64,000 nucleotides of DNA from an uncultured Chlorobiaceae bacterium (GTDB taxonomy: Bacteria > Bacteroidota > Ignavibacteria > UBA10030 > SZUA-254), in NCBI GenBank assembly GCA_964484465.1, contig CAZAFL010000007.1, positions 16,567 through 80,566 on the forward strand. Direction: 5' to 3'. Position 1 is the stretch's first letter. The number at the start of each line of letters is the position of its first letter. This document shows positions 32,301 through 42,220 of this stretch, piece by piece. The notes beneath the pieces were generated by a model, which saw nothing but the letters and a program-made list of their open reading frames with translations, did no database searches and had not been told where the DNA came from. The position numbers and the translations under genes are program-made.

Positions 32301-33756
32301 ACCCTTCTTCGGAATCGACATGAAACAATTGATCGCCGATCGTATAGTCGCCGGTGCGGAGATTGACCGAATGCCACTTGTCCGTGACCGAATCCCACAC
32401 GTCGAGCCGGTATCCGCGAGTAAGATCTTCAGCTTGAAAAACGGTGTCGCTTGCATTGTTGTTCACAATCGCATCGTTAAAACTCAATGACTGCGCCATA
32501 ATGTTGCGGACGTTTGCAAACCGGTTATCGAGATACAGGGAAAATCCCGCAGACCTGAGCGAAGCCAGTGTGGCTTCCGGATCGAACACTTCCGGGTTGT
32601 CGGCGGGGTTTACTTGAGCGTCGGGGGTAGCGTTGCGTTCCGCCATTGCATTCGTATCTAATGTTTCCGCCGTCATAATCATCTTGTGCATCGCCCCATC
32701 GACGTCAATCTGGGTGACGCCATAGGTGCGTGAATTCATGAGAAGCAGGCCCAATACATTGATGGGAAAATTTGCAAGGCTGAAGTTCCGCGGTTCGGTA
32801 AAGAAGGAGCGCCCCCCCATGTCGACCGCATGAATGTACGAGGTTTTGAATGCGGGCAGCACAGGTTGCATTGCCCAAGCTCGTTTTGCGTCGATGACGG
32901 AAAGCCTTCCCGGCACATTCTCCGCGGTTTCAGTCACGAAGTCACGCGGCAATTCGAGATCAAAGACCAACCCCAATGCCCGCAGCAGTTGTGGATACGA
33001 ATTCAACGAACTGAGCGCCTGATGAAAATCAAGGATGGTATCCTTGTCAAGATCTTCTTCGATAGGATGATCTTTCCGAGAAGGCGTCGGCATATGGTGA
33101 AATACTGAAAATGGCATGGTCATCTTTTCAAATCCCTCCTTTTCCGTGCCATCATTTATTGCTCCGTCGTCGTCTACCGATTGGGGAGGAAGAAATCCAA
33201 AAGAGCCATTGCCGATACTGCCCTCGGTGAAGCTTTTGACAATATCCCGCTTGCGAGGAGCTTCTTTTCCGTTCCAATGAACCGCAACGCCGTCCAGAAA
33301 TCCGGAAAGAGTGTTACGGTTAGATCCGCGCTGATCGCGACCGGACGGAAGAACGATCGCTTCGCTCGCTCGTTTATAAATGGATTTGACTGCACTGAGC
33401 ACCCGCCGGATCGGATAGGTGATTATTCCGCGGCCAGAATAATCGTCAAACGTGTGCGAGCGGACAAGTGTATCCTCCCTGAACAAGGCTTCCCATAACT
33501 CCGGCTGCAAAACGCTTCTATCAATCTTTACCGAGGTAGTTTTAAGGTTCCCGTTCGCTGCATCGTGCGATTGTATCTTGAGCAGCAACCCTTTATCCCG
33601 GAGCAGGCGCGTCCACCCCAACCAGTCAGGAAATTCACCAAGCTTTTTGCCGCCGGTCAGGCGTGGAGCCACGAAGACCGAAACAGGCATCGGATCGCTG
33701 TCAACGCTTATCCCACGCGCCATGATCGTGAAAACAATTGTATGTGCTGCTGGCAT
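29335..33756 (-). CDS. Large hypothetical protein, family B (about 1473 aa); paralog of 3075-6596
   Basis: AGGAG RBS before ATG 33756; shared motifs with 3075-6596. Confidence 0.85.
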   Translation of the reverse strand: MPAAHTIVFTIMARGISVDSDPMPVSVFVAPRLTGGKKLGEFPDWLGWTRLLRDKGLLLKIQSHDAANGNLKTTSVKIDRSVLQPELWEALFREDTLVRSHTFDDYSGRGIITYPIRRVLSAVKSIYKRASEAIVLPSGRDQRGSNRNTLSGFLDGVAVHWNGKEAPRKRDIVKSFTEGSIGNGSFGFLPPQSVDDDGAINDGTEKEGFEKMTMPFSVFHHMPTPSRKDHPIEEDLDKDTILDFHQALSSLNSYPQLLRALGLVFDLELPRDFVTETAENVPGRLSVIDAKRAWAMQPVLPAFKTSYIHAVDMGGRSFFTEPRNFSLANFPINVLGLLLMNSRTYGVTQIDVDGAMHKMIMTAETLDTNAMAERNATPDAQVNPADNPEVFDPEATLASLRSAGFSLYLDNRFANVRNIMAQSLSFNDAIVNNNASDTVFQAEDLTRGYRLDVWDSVTDKWHSVNLRTGDYTIGDQLFHVDSEEGFIQLALTQPAKNSEPATDDLYLHEAITRWAGWSLSVPRPSKHLSRYPNSKDAVQKKGDSDPEGKFLENQPDTPFKLTTTFNLPPGTLPRLRFGARYRFRLRAVDLSGNSIGLDEEITKKLIKEFPSAALPNDSDGIPYLRFEPVGAPYVIIRDPKAITGAGSAMERLVIRTFNNDISKDGLAPDTTAGDRHIVPPRSSIEMGEQLGMFDDASGKIDGSKAMWSLIAQRDEGEFKKQKFATAGHDPEEYPLDAGPQINPLPHLPDLFSRGAALRDLPGTENGTLARMGGRTSGTGPAPYKKLSDPNPRPGSAVTVSFGGESGWQQEAGFRLALAEPAPGQTDPKPHWNAIERVLTVFLPKGTSKVVPLSSYLKPEDLPLMGMWKWLSEQIQEMSLSGIESEVPEPGSNVDRIAHILQRTMEGGHWMLTPPRLLNLVHAVQQPLGLPEFTGVDIEHSAVEIVPDKLQRARDRGRTDSNELAPLTAWRYPNSNDALIMGALKIHGASTAKVDLLAAWTDPVDDPALIALTESHHSGTVDELRLPSLNEDFLYAPGIEIRQTGYYDTEHDQIIFARKNDLLGDGNNLFEFTAHAAPRHMLNDTKHHLVSYSAVATSRYQDYFEPDPNTDFTRTGLPVIVDIPASARPLAPEIVYVVPTFGWERQTDSNVKRSIRFGGGLRVYLKRPWFSSGEGELLGVALWSVENPVLDSATRDKFKSFITQWGMDPIWETDLLYGTPSVYNFPDAVAHDLSVTLEEPSASFGSNMPGRVDVVGFPVKFDETRGLWFADITIETQTRTYMPFIRLALVRYQPHALEDAMISRVAVADFAQLPQGRTALITVDPHHPRNVKVTVSGVTPRGPQLPLGSTNSSLSAPTVFAVEVQQKDHNVTSDLAWNSVPASVARVDALPVNPAVNTPDVMLWSGTVVFDQEPDLKNFRLLITETEYISSENFGGSVGPAGILPGQGRIVYSEIANLDVSALMLTDALRNSGF

Positions 33757-33770
33757 GATGTTATAGCTCC

Positions 33771-36700
33771 TTATGCGTACGCGTGTGCATAGAGTTCCCA
33801 CCGTTCGGGCTCGGGGAACAAATCTTGGAACGTCGGATCTCCGCTGCCGCCAAAACCGCGTTCAACCGTCAGCTCGACCGATTTGCTGAAACCCAAGACT
33901 TCAACATTAACGGTGAGCGTCGCGCGCCCGTAGACTTTATCCGGCGATTCATAGGTGAAACTCAGATTGAACTCGACCGAAACGGAGACAATCCCCAAGA
34001 CGCAAAGCGAGCCGCCCATACGGAGATAGCCTGTGAGAACCGCGGTGAGATTTCCCCCGCTCTCTTTCTTTTGCAGGCAAAAATAAATGCCGGCAAGGAT
34101 ATGGACTTCGCCGCTTGCCACACCGATATCGATTGCAGCGACGGCACCAAACTCGAGCGCAGCTTCCAATTTCTTCATACCGCCGGCATCCAATTGCATG
34201 GCGAAGAAACCGCCGCCGCCGAGCAAACTTACGGTCAGCAGGAACGGGTGTTGCCGTTCGCAGAAATTGAAATCAAACGTCGGAGAACCTTCCAAGAATG
34301 GAAGCAAGAGCGACGATTTCATGCTGACATCTTTCAATGCAAACACGCCCACTGCCAGGGGCGGCAGAGCAATACCGAACCCTGCCTTGACGCCTGGAGG
34401 ATCTTGAACAACGTCAACGGAAGCGCCCGAACCGAACAGACCGGGAGGGATCGCTTGCCGCAGGTCTTCAACAAAGTGTAGATCGTTGATAAATTCCAGC
34501 GGAGGAGCGCCTAATTTCACTCCTACGCTCGGCTTGCTGCCGGATCCGGAACTGAAAGTGAATTCATCGATGTGCAATAGAACACAATCAGCCAAGCTGA
34601 CATCGACCCCGACCAACTTTCCGTTTATTTGCGTCTCCGGTGGCTGGAGAGCCTGGCCCAGTGAAGCGACCGGTTTTCTTATGACCGAATGAATCGTTAA
34701 GTTGTCTTTATTTTTTACGGTTAGCGTTGCAACGCCTGAATGCACCTTATTCATGAGGGAGGGATTCCAATCAAGCGATGTAACAATCTCTTTTCCTATG
34801 CCGCTTGCGGCATCGCGGGTCTCTGTCTGCATTTTCGCGGCATTTTTCCCTATAGGTGCGGAATCTAACAAATCGCCTAATTTGAATACTCCGAATAGTG
34901 TTCCCGTACCATCAAACATACTATTGCCATCGCCCGTAAAACCACCGGCAACATCGTCCGCATCTATCGAAACAGGACCTAAACTTCTGGTCAATGAAGA
35001 GATTGCCATGTTGGGAGTGGATATCCCTCCCCCTTTTTCTGCTGAGAACGTAACTGGAAGTTTGACAGGAATTCTGGCGAATACACCCTCATTTCCATCA
35101 AATCCGTTTGACACGTAATCCCCATAGAATTCAATTGTTGTCGCCGCATCGCTTCCAATCAGCTCCTGCACTTGCGGAATGCGCACCCTGGCATTACGAA
35201 GCGTAGGATGTGAATCCCATGAATCGTCAATCAGCATTGCATCCGTGACAAGCCGTGTGTTATCGGTCGGATTCGCAAGGTCGCGTTCCGCAAAAGTTAT
35301 TCTTTGCCCTAAGCAATCTATGGATTTATCGCCGATCTTCGACGCAGAATTAAACTCATTAAATGCGCTTTTAGCTGCATTAGAAACTGAACTAAGGTCT
35401 CCAAGATCAGTATCATCAACGAACATCATTGGAAGAGATAAATCCTTTCGCTCCCCTCCTTGATCGACTCCGGTGCAATGAAACCTGAACGGCATCCTGC
35501 TTCCACTGCCGTTATCAACTTCCAACCAAAAAGAATCCTTAGTACCTGAAATAATATCCGGTTGGGCAAGATCGGGCGTTATGAGCGTGGAAAGACGCAT
35601 GCTCGTAAACGGATTAGCGCGGAAAACCCCGCCGTCATCGGCAGTAAACGTTCTCTCCGGAACACGCACAATCACAAACACCCTCTGCATCATGTACGCG
35701 CCAATGATACCGCTCGGAGCCGTCATGAATTTCCGCTCTGTTATCTTAATCTTTGCAGCGGGGAATTTCCCCGGAAGCAGTACTCCTTCATGAACTATGC
35801 GGACATAATGATCGCGTCCCTGGCTTGCCTGATGCACCCATTGTGAAAGTGACAGTTTCTCGGAATCTTGGCCCTCTCCTTCGCCAGGACCGATGACACG
35901 GCCCGCAAAAGCAGTTGTGCTCGAACCGGTTAAGACGGTCCTTCGTAAAAGGCGGGACTCCATATCTCCCGCCGGTCTCGGTCCTGCGTCGTTAGGGTCG
36001 TAAAATCTCCAAGGAGGAATCCAGTCGCCGTGAGAATTGAGCCATCCGCCCAACGAGGAAAGCATCAATTGTTGAGCGTAAAATGGCTGCGGAACATAAA
36101 AGGGAGACGAGGGTGGCGTAACCGCAAGACCCGGTATCGCCGGAGATGGTTTGGTAAATAAAAAAAACTTCGACGGCTTTTTTACGACAGGTTTTTGATT
36201 AAACAATCCATGAAAGCCCGATGTTAAAAAGACAATTTCTGCTCTGTCGTCCTTTGTCATTGCCATGATGCCGAGATGTTCATCGGGTCCGGCGGATGGC
36301 AGATCCGCGAATCCCGGGAAATCCGGCGACCAGATTGCGCGCAATGACGCGGGATTTTGGATGCTAAGGTCTGTTGATTGATTGCCCGTGTTCAAGCAGA
36401 GCCGCGTATGCCAAAGCTCGGTACGGCCGCCGACAGTGAACGGCGCCGTACGGTGCTGCCAGACGATTTCGCGGGTGGGCGAGATGATCAGGCGATAAGG
36501 AAGCTCGATGGCAGTCTCATTCGGACTCGGCTCGGCGATATTCGGCGCATTTGCAATTTCATCAGGCGATGGATTCGGCCCGATCGCCGCGGTCGGGTTG
36601 ACGTTGGGAGTGAGTTTTGACCAGTCAAGAATTCCCTGACTCGAGTACGGAATCGTCACGCCGGAAGGAACCTTAAACGCAAGCCGGCTCGAGTTGCCGA

Positions 36701-36968
36701 TCTTGGCGGTAGCCTGACGTGGCAGACCAGAAACCGGATGAGGGTCTATGATGCCAGGTTCATCAAGCTTTGTGGCGGAAGACTCAAAGTATGCGGTCTC
36801 CGCAATCGTTTGCGGTGGGAAGGTCACAATGACAAACGCATCTTTCGAAGCGTCATTAATTGTCAAGATTGGATTCGACGGGTCGTCCGAATCTATCCGA
36901 AGATTGATAAATTCGAACGATAGGTGCAAAAGGTCATCTGGTCGGATTAAGTCTATCTTATGGAGCAC
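33771..36968 (-). CDS. Large hypothetical protein, family A (1065 aa); paralog of 48-3059
   Basis: GTG start with AAGGGA; RPDDLL, TAIELPYRLIISP, ELWHT, GGGFF, GVASG, AGIY. Confidence 0.85.
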   Translation of the reverse strand: MLHKIDLIRPDDLLHLSFEFINLRIDSDDPSNPILTINDASKDAFVIVTFPPQTIAETAYFESSATKLDEPGIIDPHPVSGLPRQATAKIGNSSRLAFKVPSGVTIPYSSQGILDWSKLTPNVNPTAAIGPNPSPDEIANAPNIAEPSPNETAIELPYRLIISPTREIVWQHRTAPFTVGGRTELWHTRLCLNTGNQSTDLSIQNPASLRAIWSPDFPGFADLPSAGPDEHLGIMAMTKDDRAEIVFLTSGFHGLFNQKPVVKKPSKFFLFTKPSPAIPGLAVTPPSSPFYVPQPFYAQQLMLSSLGGWLNSHGDWIPPWRFYDPNDAGPRPAGDMESRLLRRTVLTGSSTTAFAGRVIGPGEGEGQDSEKLSLSQWVHQASQGRDHYVRIVHEGVLLPGKFPAAKIKITERKFMTAPSGIIGAYMMQRVFVIVRVPERTFTADDGGVFRANPFTSMRLSTLITPDLAQPDIISGTKDSFWLEVDNGSGSRMPFRFHCTGVDQGGERKDLSLPMMFVDDTDLGDLSSVSNAAKSAFNEFNSASKIGDKSIDCLGQRITFAERDLANPTDNTRLVTDAMLIDDSWDSHPTLRNARVRIPQVQELIGSDAATTIEFYGDYVSNGFDGNEGVFARIPVKLPVTFSAEKGGGISTPNMAISSLTRSLGPVSIDADDVAGGFTGDGNSMFDGTGTLFGVFKLGDLLDSAPIGKNAAKMQTETRDAASGIGKEIVTSLDWNPSLMNKVHSGVATLTVKNKDNLTIHSVIRKPVASLGQALQPPETQINGKLVGVDVSLADCVLLHIDEFTFSSGSGSKPSVGVKLGAPPLEFINDLHFVEDLRQAIPPGLFGSGASVDVVQDPPGVKAGFGIALPPLAVGVFALKDVSMKSSLLLPFLEGSPTFDFNFCERQHPFLLTVSLLGGGGFFAMQLDAGGMKKLEAALEFGAVAAIDIGVASGEVHILAGIYFCLQKKESGGNLTAVLTGYLRMGGSLCVLGIVSVSVEFNLSFTYESPDKVYGRATLTVNVEVLGFSKSVELTVERGFGGSGDPTFQDLFPEPERWELYAHAYA

Positions 36969-37293
36969 AAATTGATCCCTTTATTTTGTATGTACTACCC
37001 CCGAAATTCCAGCTAATCCCACGTTGTGACCCATTTAGGGTCGAAAATTTGAAAGTACAAATTTTGGGATAGTTTGTCAAGATTTTTTTTCTTTATAAAG
37101 TTTTTTTGCACCCGCCTATACACGGCTGGCTTGTCATCAATTTGGAATCACTCACCTTTCTGGGATTGGACGATTGGCTATTGCGATCCATGCAATTTAT
37201 CCATCCTTGAAGAACTTCCAATAAGGTCCCCGCGAAATGCAAGAGCCCGCCCTCTGGAATCTCATTTAAATTCCATCCTACGGGTTTCATAGC

Positions 37294-37560
37294 CTAATGC
37301 CTCAACTGTATTGGGTACAGATTTTCATGATTCCCTCCACACAGACTACTGAGTTTTCGATAGGACCTAATCTGCTCTTCAGGAAAGTCGTCTCGAGCCG
37401 CCACTGGATTGTAACCCAAGAACTCGATCACATTTGGAGTGAATTCAAGGGCGGGTGAAGTGCGTCTCTTCTCCCAATTCGTAACCGTTGATGTGCTTGC
37501 GTTGACCCTGCATCGCACATCTTTCTGATGTAGCCCGAGGTGGAGCCTGCAGCCTGTTTT
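37294..37560 (-). pseudogene. XRE-family HTH regulator remnant
   Basis: LGLHQKDV...STVTNWEKRRTSP...IEFLGYNP; no credible start. Confidence 0.55.
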
Positions 37561-37570
37561 GGTGAAAAGG

Positions 37571-37720
37571 TTACCCAAGGATGATTGAAGTGATTTGGAC
37601 GGAACTTTCCACGCTACAAAAATTTCCCGCATAGGCTTTCTCAGAAGGCTGAATCAGGGCAACCACCGCGACAATCAGCGCAATGGCTAACATGGCTGTT
37701 TGCTTCTTGAACTGTTTCAT
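37571..37720 (-). CDS. Small secreted peptide (49 aa), absent from ORF track
   Basis: AAAGGA RBS; MKQFKKQTAMLAIALIVAVVALIQPSEKAYA-GNFCSVESSVQITSIILG*. Confidence 0.6.
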   Translation of the reverse strand: MKQFKKQTAMLAIALIVAVVALIQPSEKAYAGNFCSVESSVQITSIILG

Positions 37721-37756
37721 GACCATTCCTTTCTTTAATAGTTTGTCGTTGAACCG

Positions 37757-38349
37757 TTAGTTAGAGAGCACTTTCGTTTGGCCCACGAGATTCTGAATTT
37801 CACTCGTTTGATCATTTGACAATTCACCTACCCATGCCTTCTCCACATCCCCATTTCCGTTCAACCAGAATTGTCTCAGGAACGCCATTAATCTTATACT
37901 TGCGGCTAAAGCTTGTATCTTTTTCAACGGACACTGTGTAAAAGCCGACATTCTTTGATGTGACAAATCTTACTGTTTGTTCGAGGCTGTGAACACACAG
38001 ACCGAGGACATTACAATTTTCAGGTTTATGGGCTGCGATGACATTCCACACGGGCAACATCCTTTCACAATGCTGACACGTGGTTGAAAGCACGAAGAGC
38101 AAATATTTTTTCGACCCATCTGAATATTGTAAGTCTGTTGCCATGCCATCCAAGGTCTGAATTTTTACTGGCTCGACTTTCTGCCCGGGTCTTAGCGGTT
38201 CAACCTCTCCCTGCATCGATGTACGGTTAAGCATGTTCTTGAACCCTCTGTTTTTGGAGGGTCAAGAAAACAACCTCTGCGGAGAGCAACAGAACCAGTG
38301 TGATCGCGCCTAATTGAATCCAGTTAGTTTTCCTGCTTGTAGTTTCCAT
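37757..38349 (-). pseudogene. TlpA/redoxin-like thioredoxin-fold protein split by two frameshifts
   Basis: N-terminal TM METTSRK...LVLLLSAEV, STTCQHC CxxC motif, GVPETILV, and C-terminal VEKAWVGELS lie in three successive frames. Confidence 0.7.
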
Positions 38350-38569
38350 GCAGTTTAATTATATGATGACAAAGAAGAATTGTGCCAGGAGGCTTGGACG
38401 CATGACTTTACTCCATTAATTTTAATTACCTGATCGTGTTTCTATAAGGAAAGCTGCAAACTCTCGAAGCAATATATATTGGGCGGTTTAAAGAGGCAAT
38501 GGGGGAATGTCCGTATTTTTGAAGCCGGATTCCCGTATAGAAAGGCGGCAACTGCAGGGATAGAAGTTT

Positions 38570-38890
38570 CTATTTATCCACTGATGTCATTCCTTCCCGT
38601 ATGGCATATTTGGTAAGCTCTGCAATACTGTGCATTCCAAGTTTTTCAGAAATGTATTCTCGGTGTTTTTCAACGGTTTTCACACTGATAAAGAACTTTT
38701 CGGAAATCTCTTTTGTCGATTTTCCTTCAGCAATAAGCTGGAGAACCTCCCGCTCTTTAGTTGAAAGCTGGAGCGACACAGCCGGCTCCAGTTCTTTCGA
38801 GAGCCCGACTGCATGCTTTGCTATGGTAGTCATGATTTGGGGACTGACATAGACCTGACCGCGTACCACACTCTTGATAGCATGGGTCAA
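38570..38890 (-). pseudogene. 5'-truncated NarL/LuxR response regulator
   Basis: LSTKEREVLQLIAEGKSTKEI...ISVKTVEKHR HTH; most of the receiver domain absent. Confidence 0.75.
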
Positions 38891-39008
38891 CTCTTCGACT
38901 CAGCCCCCTGTCAATTCTATACTGTTTGATCCTTTCTCCCAGGAAGGTCGCATTGCTCTTGCATAGAACATAATGCATGTCATGCAATCTATTTGATATG
39001 AACCTCGG

Positions 39009-40886
39009 TCACTTTCTACGGGGTGCATTGACAACTTTTCCTACAGCGACCGGGTTATGCATGCCAACAAAAACTCGCGCTGCCCTATCGTCGCCGATCA
39101 CTGCAACGTCGAGTGTGGCAGCGTCCAAGAGTGCCCCCTCTTTCACACCCGCTTTTCTGGCGACTGCGCGCGCACGCTTGTAGACTTTCAAATCAAGATT
39201 GCGCGCATAGAACAGCTTTGCAGGAATCCCGCTTTTAATTTCCCGGCTCCCACAAGTAGGTAAGAGCGACTCATTCGGTGAGACGCGCCAGCTATCGGCA
39301 TAGTGGTAGTAAAGCTCTTCGAAGTTAAACGGATTCGTTAGTACGGCTCCATCGCGCGCGGCGATCTTGTTGACGTTTCCATCGACGTTGGCGAGGAGGC
39401 CTCTTACTTTGCCACAGCAGTTGCCGAGACCGACGGAGACATCGATCCAGCTTGTGTTAACTGTGGCGCGCACGGAATTGCCGCTCTGGCTCGTTATGAA
39501 GTAGACATTCCCCCTTCGGGTGACATCGACACCCTCAGGCGTGGAAAACGACTTGCCATCTGTCAGATCGGTAGCTTTGCCGTCGATAGTAAGCCCATCG
39601 AGGCAGAGAGCGACCACGGTCTTCCCCATTCGCGTCGCGACGGCTGAGTTGACTGATGCGTCTGGCCATTGCGGCGCCCCCGACACCTGCCGCGTTTGAA
39701 CGACAAAGTCGGAATCGACTTCCGCCAGTACAAAATCTCCCGACGCCTGAAAGTCGTACAATAAGCCTTTGAAAGTAGTCAAATGTGTGTCACCTACGGT
39801 GGTTGCATCCGCGCAGTTGGCCGTCGCGTCGCCGACGCTGGTCTCGGTCACCAGGATTGCTGGCCCCGGTGGCGACGCGGCAGGTGGAGTCGGGGAGAAG
39901 TTTAGATTATTGGTCTCACCTGTAAAACCTTGCGCCAGACAGTCGGGAGCCGCATTGCTGCCGTAGACGATCTGCGTTCTGGGGACAATTGTCGATCCAG
40001 TGTTGAAATTCGCCTGCCCCCCATTTGCATCGCCGACGATACAGAACTCGGCGGAAGTCCAGCCGGCTGAAGCATTGACGGAATTGTCACCAGAGACAGC
40101 GTACATATCGCTTCCTGTGGACAAGGTGACCATATCTCCAATTGCAATTGCTGTGCCAGTCAGCGATAAATTAGCCAGATTGGAAATTGGCTGGTTGGGC
40201 ACGGGCACAGCCGCGCTGTTTCTGTAGCAATAGATGTCTGGTAAACCAGGGAACATAAACTGGATCCAATCCGTCCCCGGGCAGGTCGTATTGTATTTTA
40301 GCAGCCAATACTGAATGAACAAACTGCCCGAAGTACCGTCGTTTACGAACACGAACTGTTCCCAACCCTGGCATCCCGCATTAGTGGAGCCGGTGCAGTC
40401 AGTGGTAGCAAAGGGGTCTGTGTTGAGTTGGAGCGAGTAGGCATTGGCAACCTGCGGCCCCGTTGCGTTAATCTGCCCAGCCTCGCTCGTCACGCCGGTG
40501 ACGCTGGCGAACGAGCCAGTAGCCGAGATAATAAATCCACTATGCGCATGAGCGGAGACATCGTTCCCCTTACCTACAATGAGGGGCTTTGGTCCGCGCC
40601 GCGGAATATATGGATAGGGCGGCGCAATAATGGTCGGAACCTCGCGCCATGCCTTATTCGGATAGGAGGCCTTGAATGCGCCCTTCTTCGGCAGCGGAAT
40701 CCGCGTCATGGAATCGCGCCAAGCCTCCAAAAGCCTGACATGTCTTGCACTCTGTGTCTGAAGCCTGGCCGTTTTCGCGGGCACAGGGGTAGATCCTGGC
40801 AAATGTTGAGCTGGTGCGGTTGGCTGGGTAAACCCTGTAACGCACATGGAGAGAAGAAATGCTACTACTGCGATTGATGTTTTCAT
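39009..40886 (-). CDS. Secreted protein with C-terminal von Willebrand factor type D domain
   Basis: Signal MKTSIAVVAFLLSMCVTG; GDTHLTTFKGLLYDFQASGDFVL...RGLLAN...ADSWRV; Cys-containing central domain YSLQLNT...CQGWEQFVF. Confidence 0.75.
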   Translation of the reverse strand: MKTSIAVVAFLLSMCVTGFTQPTAPAQHLPGSTPVPAKTARLQTQSARHVRLLEAWRDSMTRIPLPKKGAFKASYPNKAWREVPTIIAPPYPYIPRRGPKPLIVGKGNDVSAHAHSGFIISATGSFASVTGVTSEAGQINATGPQVANAYSLQLNTDPFATTDCTGSTNAGCQGWEQFVFVNDGTSGSLFIQYWLLKYNTTCPGTDWIQFMFPGLPDIYCYRNSAAVPVPNQPISNLANLSLTGTAIAIGDMVTLSTGSDMYAVSGDNSVNASAGWTSAEFCIVGDANGGQANFNTGSTIVPRTQIVYGSNAAPDCLAQGFTGETNNLNFSPTPPAASPPGPAILVTETSVGDATANCADATTVGDTHLTTFKGLLYDFQASGDFVLAEVDSDFVVQTRQVSGAPQWPDASVNSAVATRMGKTVVALCLDGLTIDGKATDLTDGKSFSTPEGVDVTRRGNVYFITSQSGNSVRATVNTSWIDVSVGLGNCCGKVRGLLANVDGNVNKIAARDGAVLTNPFNFEELYYHYADSWRVSPNESLLPTCGSREIKSGIPAKLFYARNLDLKVYKRARAVARKAGVKEGALLDAATLDVAVIGDDRAARVFVGMHNPVAVGKVVNAPRRK

Positions 40887-41358
40887 AGGTTTATGCATTT
40901 TTGTTTATGTGGATAGATTTGACAATACCGAAAGCCTGAACAAGATTAAGCGGAGCAGTCAACACCAGTCTCGCGAACATATTAGACTAAGCGTTCCATC
41001 GTAAACTGACGCAAGAATCTTGCGTCACCATCAGCAAAAAATTAGCTCAAAAGCAAAGGAAATTAATTAATTAGTTTCACGCTGTCAAGTATTTTTTTAA
41101 TCATTAGAAAAATCTAATAAATTGTCCTACTGAATCTTCACAAACCTAACAACTCGAATGCCGATCAACTCAACCCGTGCTCTGCTAAAATCTTGCGGAA
41201 CTTCCGCAGGAGCTTCCGTATACCCTTATCCCACTTCGCCAGACTGCCAAGATCGATAATTAATACTTCTGCCAGCTTACGAAGACAGCCCAGGATACGA
41301 TACAAATTTGTTTCGGACCGCTGTCAACCAGTATAGAAGGAGGCGGGTAAACAACCCG

Positions 41359-41985
41359 CTACCCTGCACACCAGTAAAACGTGGAATAGCCAGCGACAGA
41401 AACAGGAACCCAATGGCCACCGCGACGAAGCTGAGGCAAGCCCCACTGACCCGCGGGCAGGCGTGTACAAGAACCCGCCAAATAGAAGACGGGGGAAAAG
41501 CCAACACAGAAAACAAACACCGAAACGCCCAAGCGAGCGGCAAGGCGACACGCAAGCAGTGAACCACGAGAACAGGGGGATGAAAGAAAACATACTAAAG
41601 CAGACGGCTGGTTATGAGCAAGATGCTTGACCATTGCAACTGAACGTAACGCAAGACGTTGACGCAACCCAACAGTTGGAATCCCACCCGACCACCAGCG
41701 AACGGACGCCCCTTCACGAAGTGCAGTGAGAACTGAACGAACAGACGAAAGATAGCATGACCCTACCCCACCGTACCCAAATGCGCTGAAGATTGTGAGC
41801 CGACTCAATTCATGCTTTGGAACAGATAAAATAACTTGAGCGTCTGCACCAACTGAACAGCCAGCGGATAGTCTGGTGCGGGAAGTAGCAACAACAGATT
41901 GCACTATAGCTGAGACAAGAGGTTGAGCACTGACGGGAAGTTTACGAGAGCCGCAAAAGCCAACGGAGGCGAATGAAGAGAGCAT
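41359..41985 (-). CDS. SLOG/DprA-like Rossmann-fold protein
   Basis: VGFCGSR, AGCSVGADAQV, LALRSVAMV, SRGSLLACRLA; ATG at 41985 (ORF track starts at 42048). Confidence 0.6.
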   Translation of the reverse strand: MLSSFASVGFCGSRKLPVSAQPLVSAIVQSVVATSRTRLSAGCSVGADAQVILSVPKHELSRLTIFSAFGYGGVGSCYLSSVRSVLTALREGASVRWWSGGIPTVGLRQRLALRSVAMVKHLAHNQPSALVCFLSSPCSRGSLLACRLAARLGVSVFVFCVGFSPVFYLAGSCTRLPAGQWGLPQLRRGGHWVPVSVAGYSTFYWCAG

Positions 41986-42076
41986 GGAGAAGTATGTAAG
42001 TACGTGAGTAGATGAGTAGTTGAGAAACAAAATGAAAAAAAACAACAACAGGAATAATCACATTTTTCTTCGAAGG

Positions 42077-42220
42077 CAAGGTGCTGCTGCAAGGGAATTC
42101 ACCCTGAAGGCGCGCAGTATCCGCCGTAGGCGGTACGAGCACCGAAGGGCGTCAGCCCCGTCACACTCCGATTGTATCGGGGTGTGACGGGGGTAAAACC
42201 CTTGCGGCAGCAACACCTTG
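42077..42220. repeat. Nested inverted-repeat structure upstream of the SLOG gene
   Basis: Outer arms CAAGGTG.TGCTGCAAGGG / CCCTTGCGGCAGCAACACCTTG; inner 17 bp stem 42156-42192; CCGCC-GTA-GGCGG at 42121-42133. Confidence 0.8.

Noticed and set aside
33783-34481. 232 aa plus-strand ORF and many similar 60-160 aa ORFs opposite long genes
   Set aside because: Antisense or alternate-frame shadows of well-supported CDSs
48-36968. Contractile injection system or prophage interpretation of the large genes
   Set aside because: No recognisable sheath, tube, baseplate, terminase or capsid motifs
41277-41593. Small hydrophobic minus-strand ORFs after the SLOG gene
   Set aside because: Several overlapping frames are open because of compositional skew; cannot choose a real one
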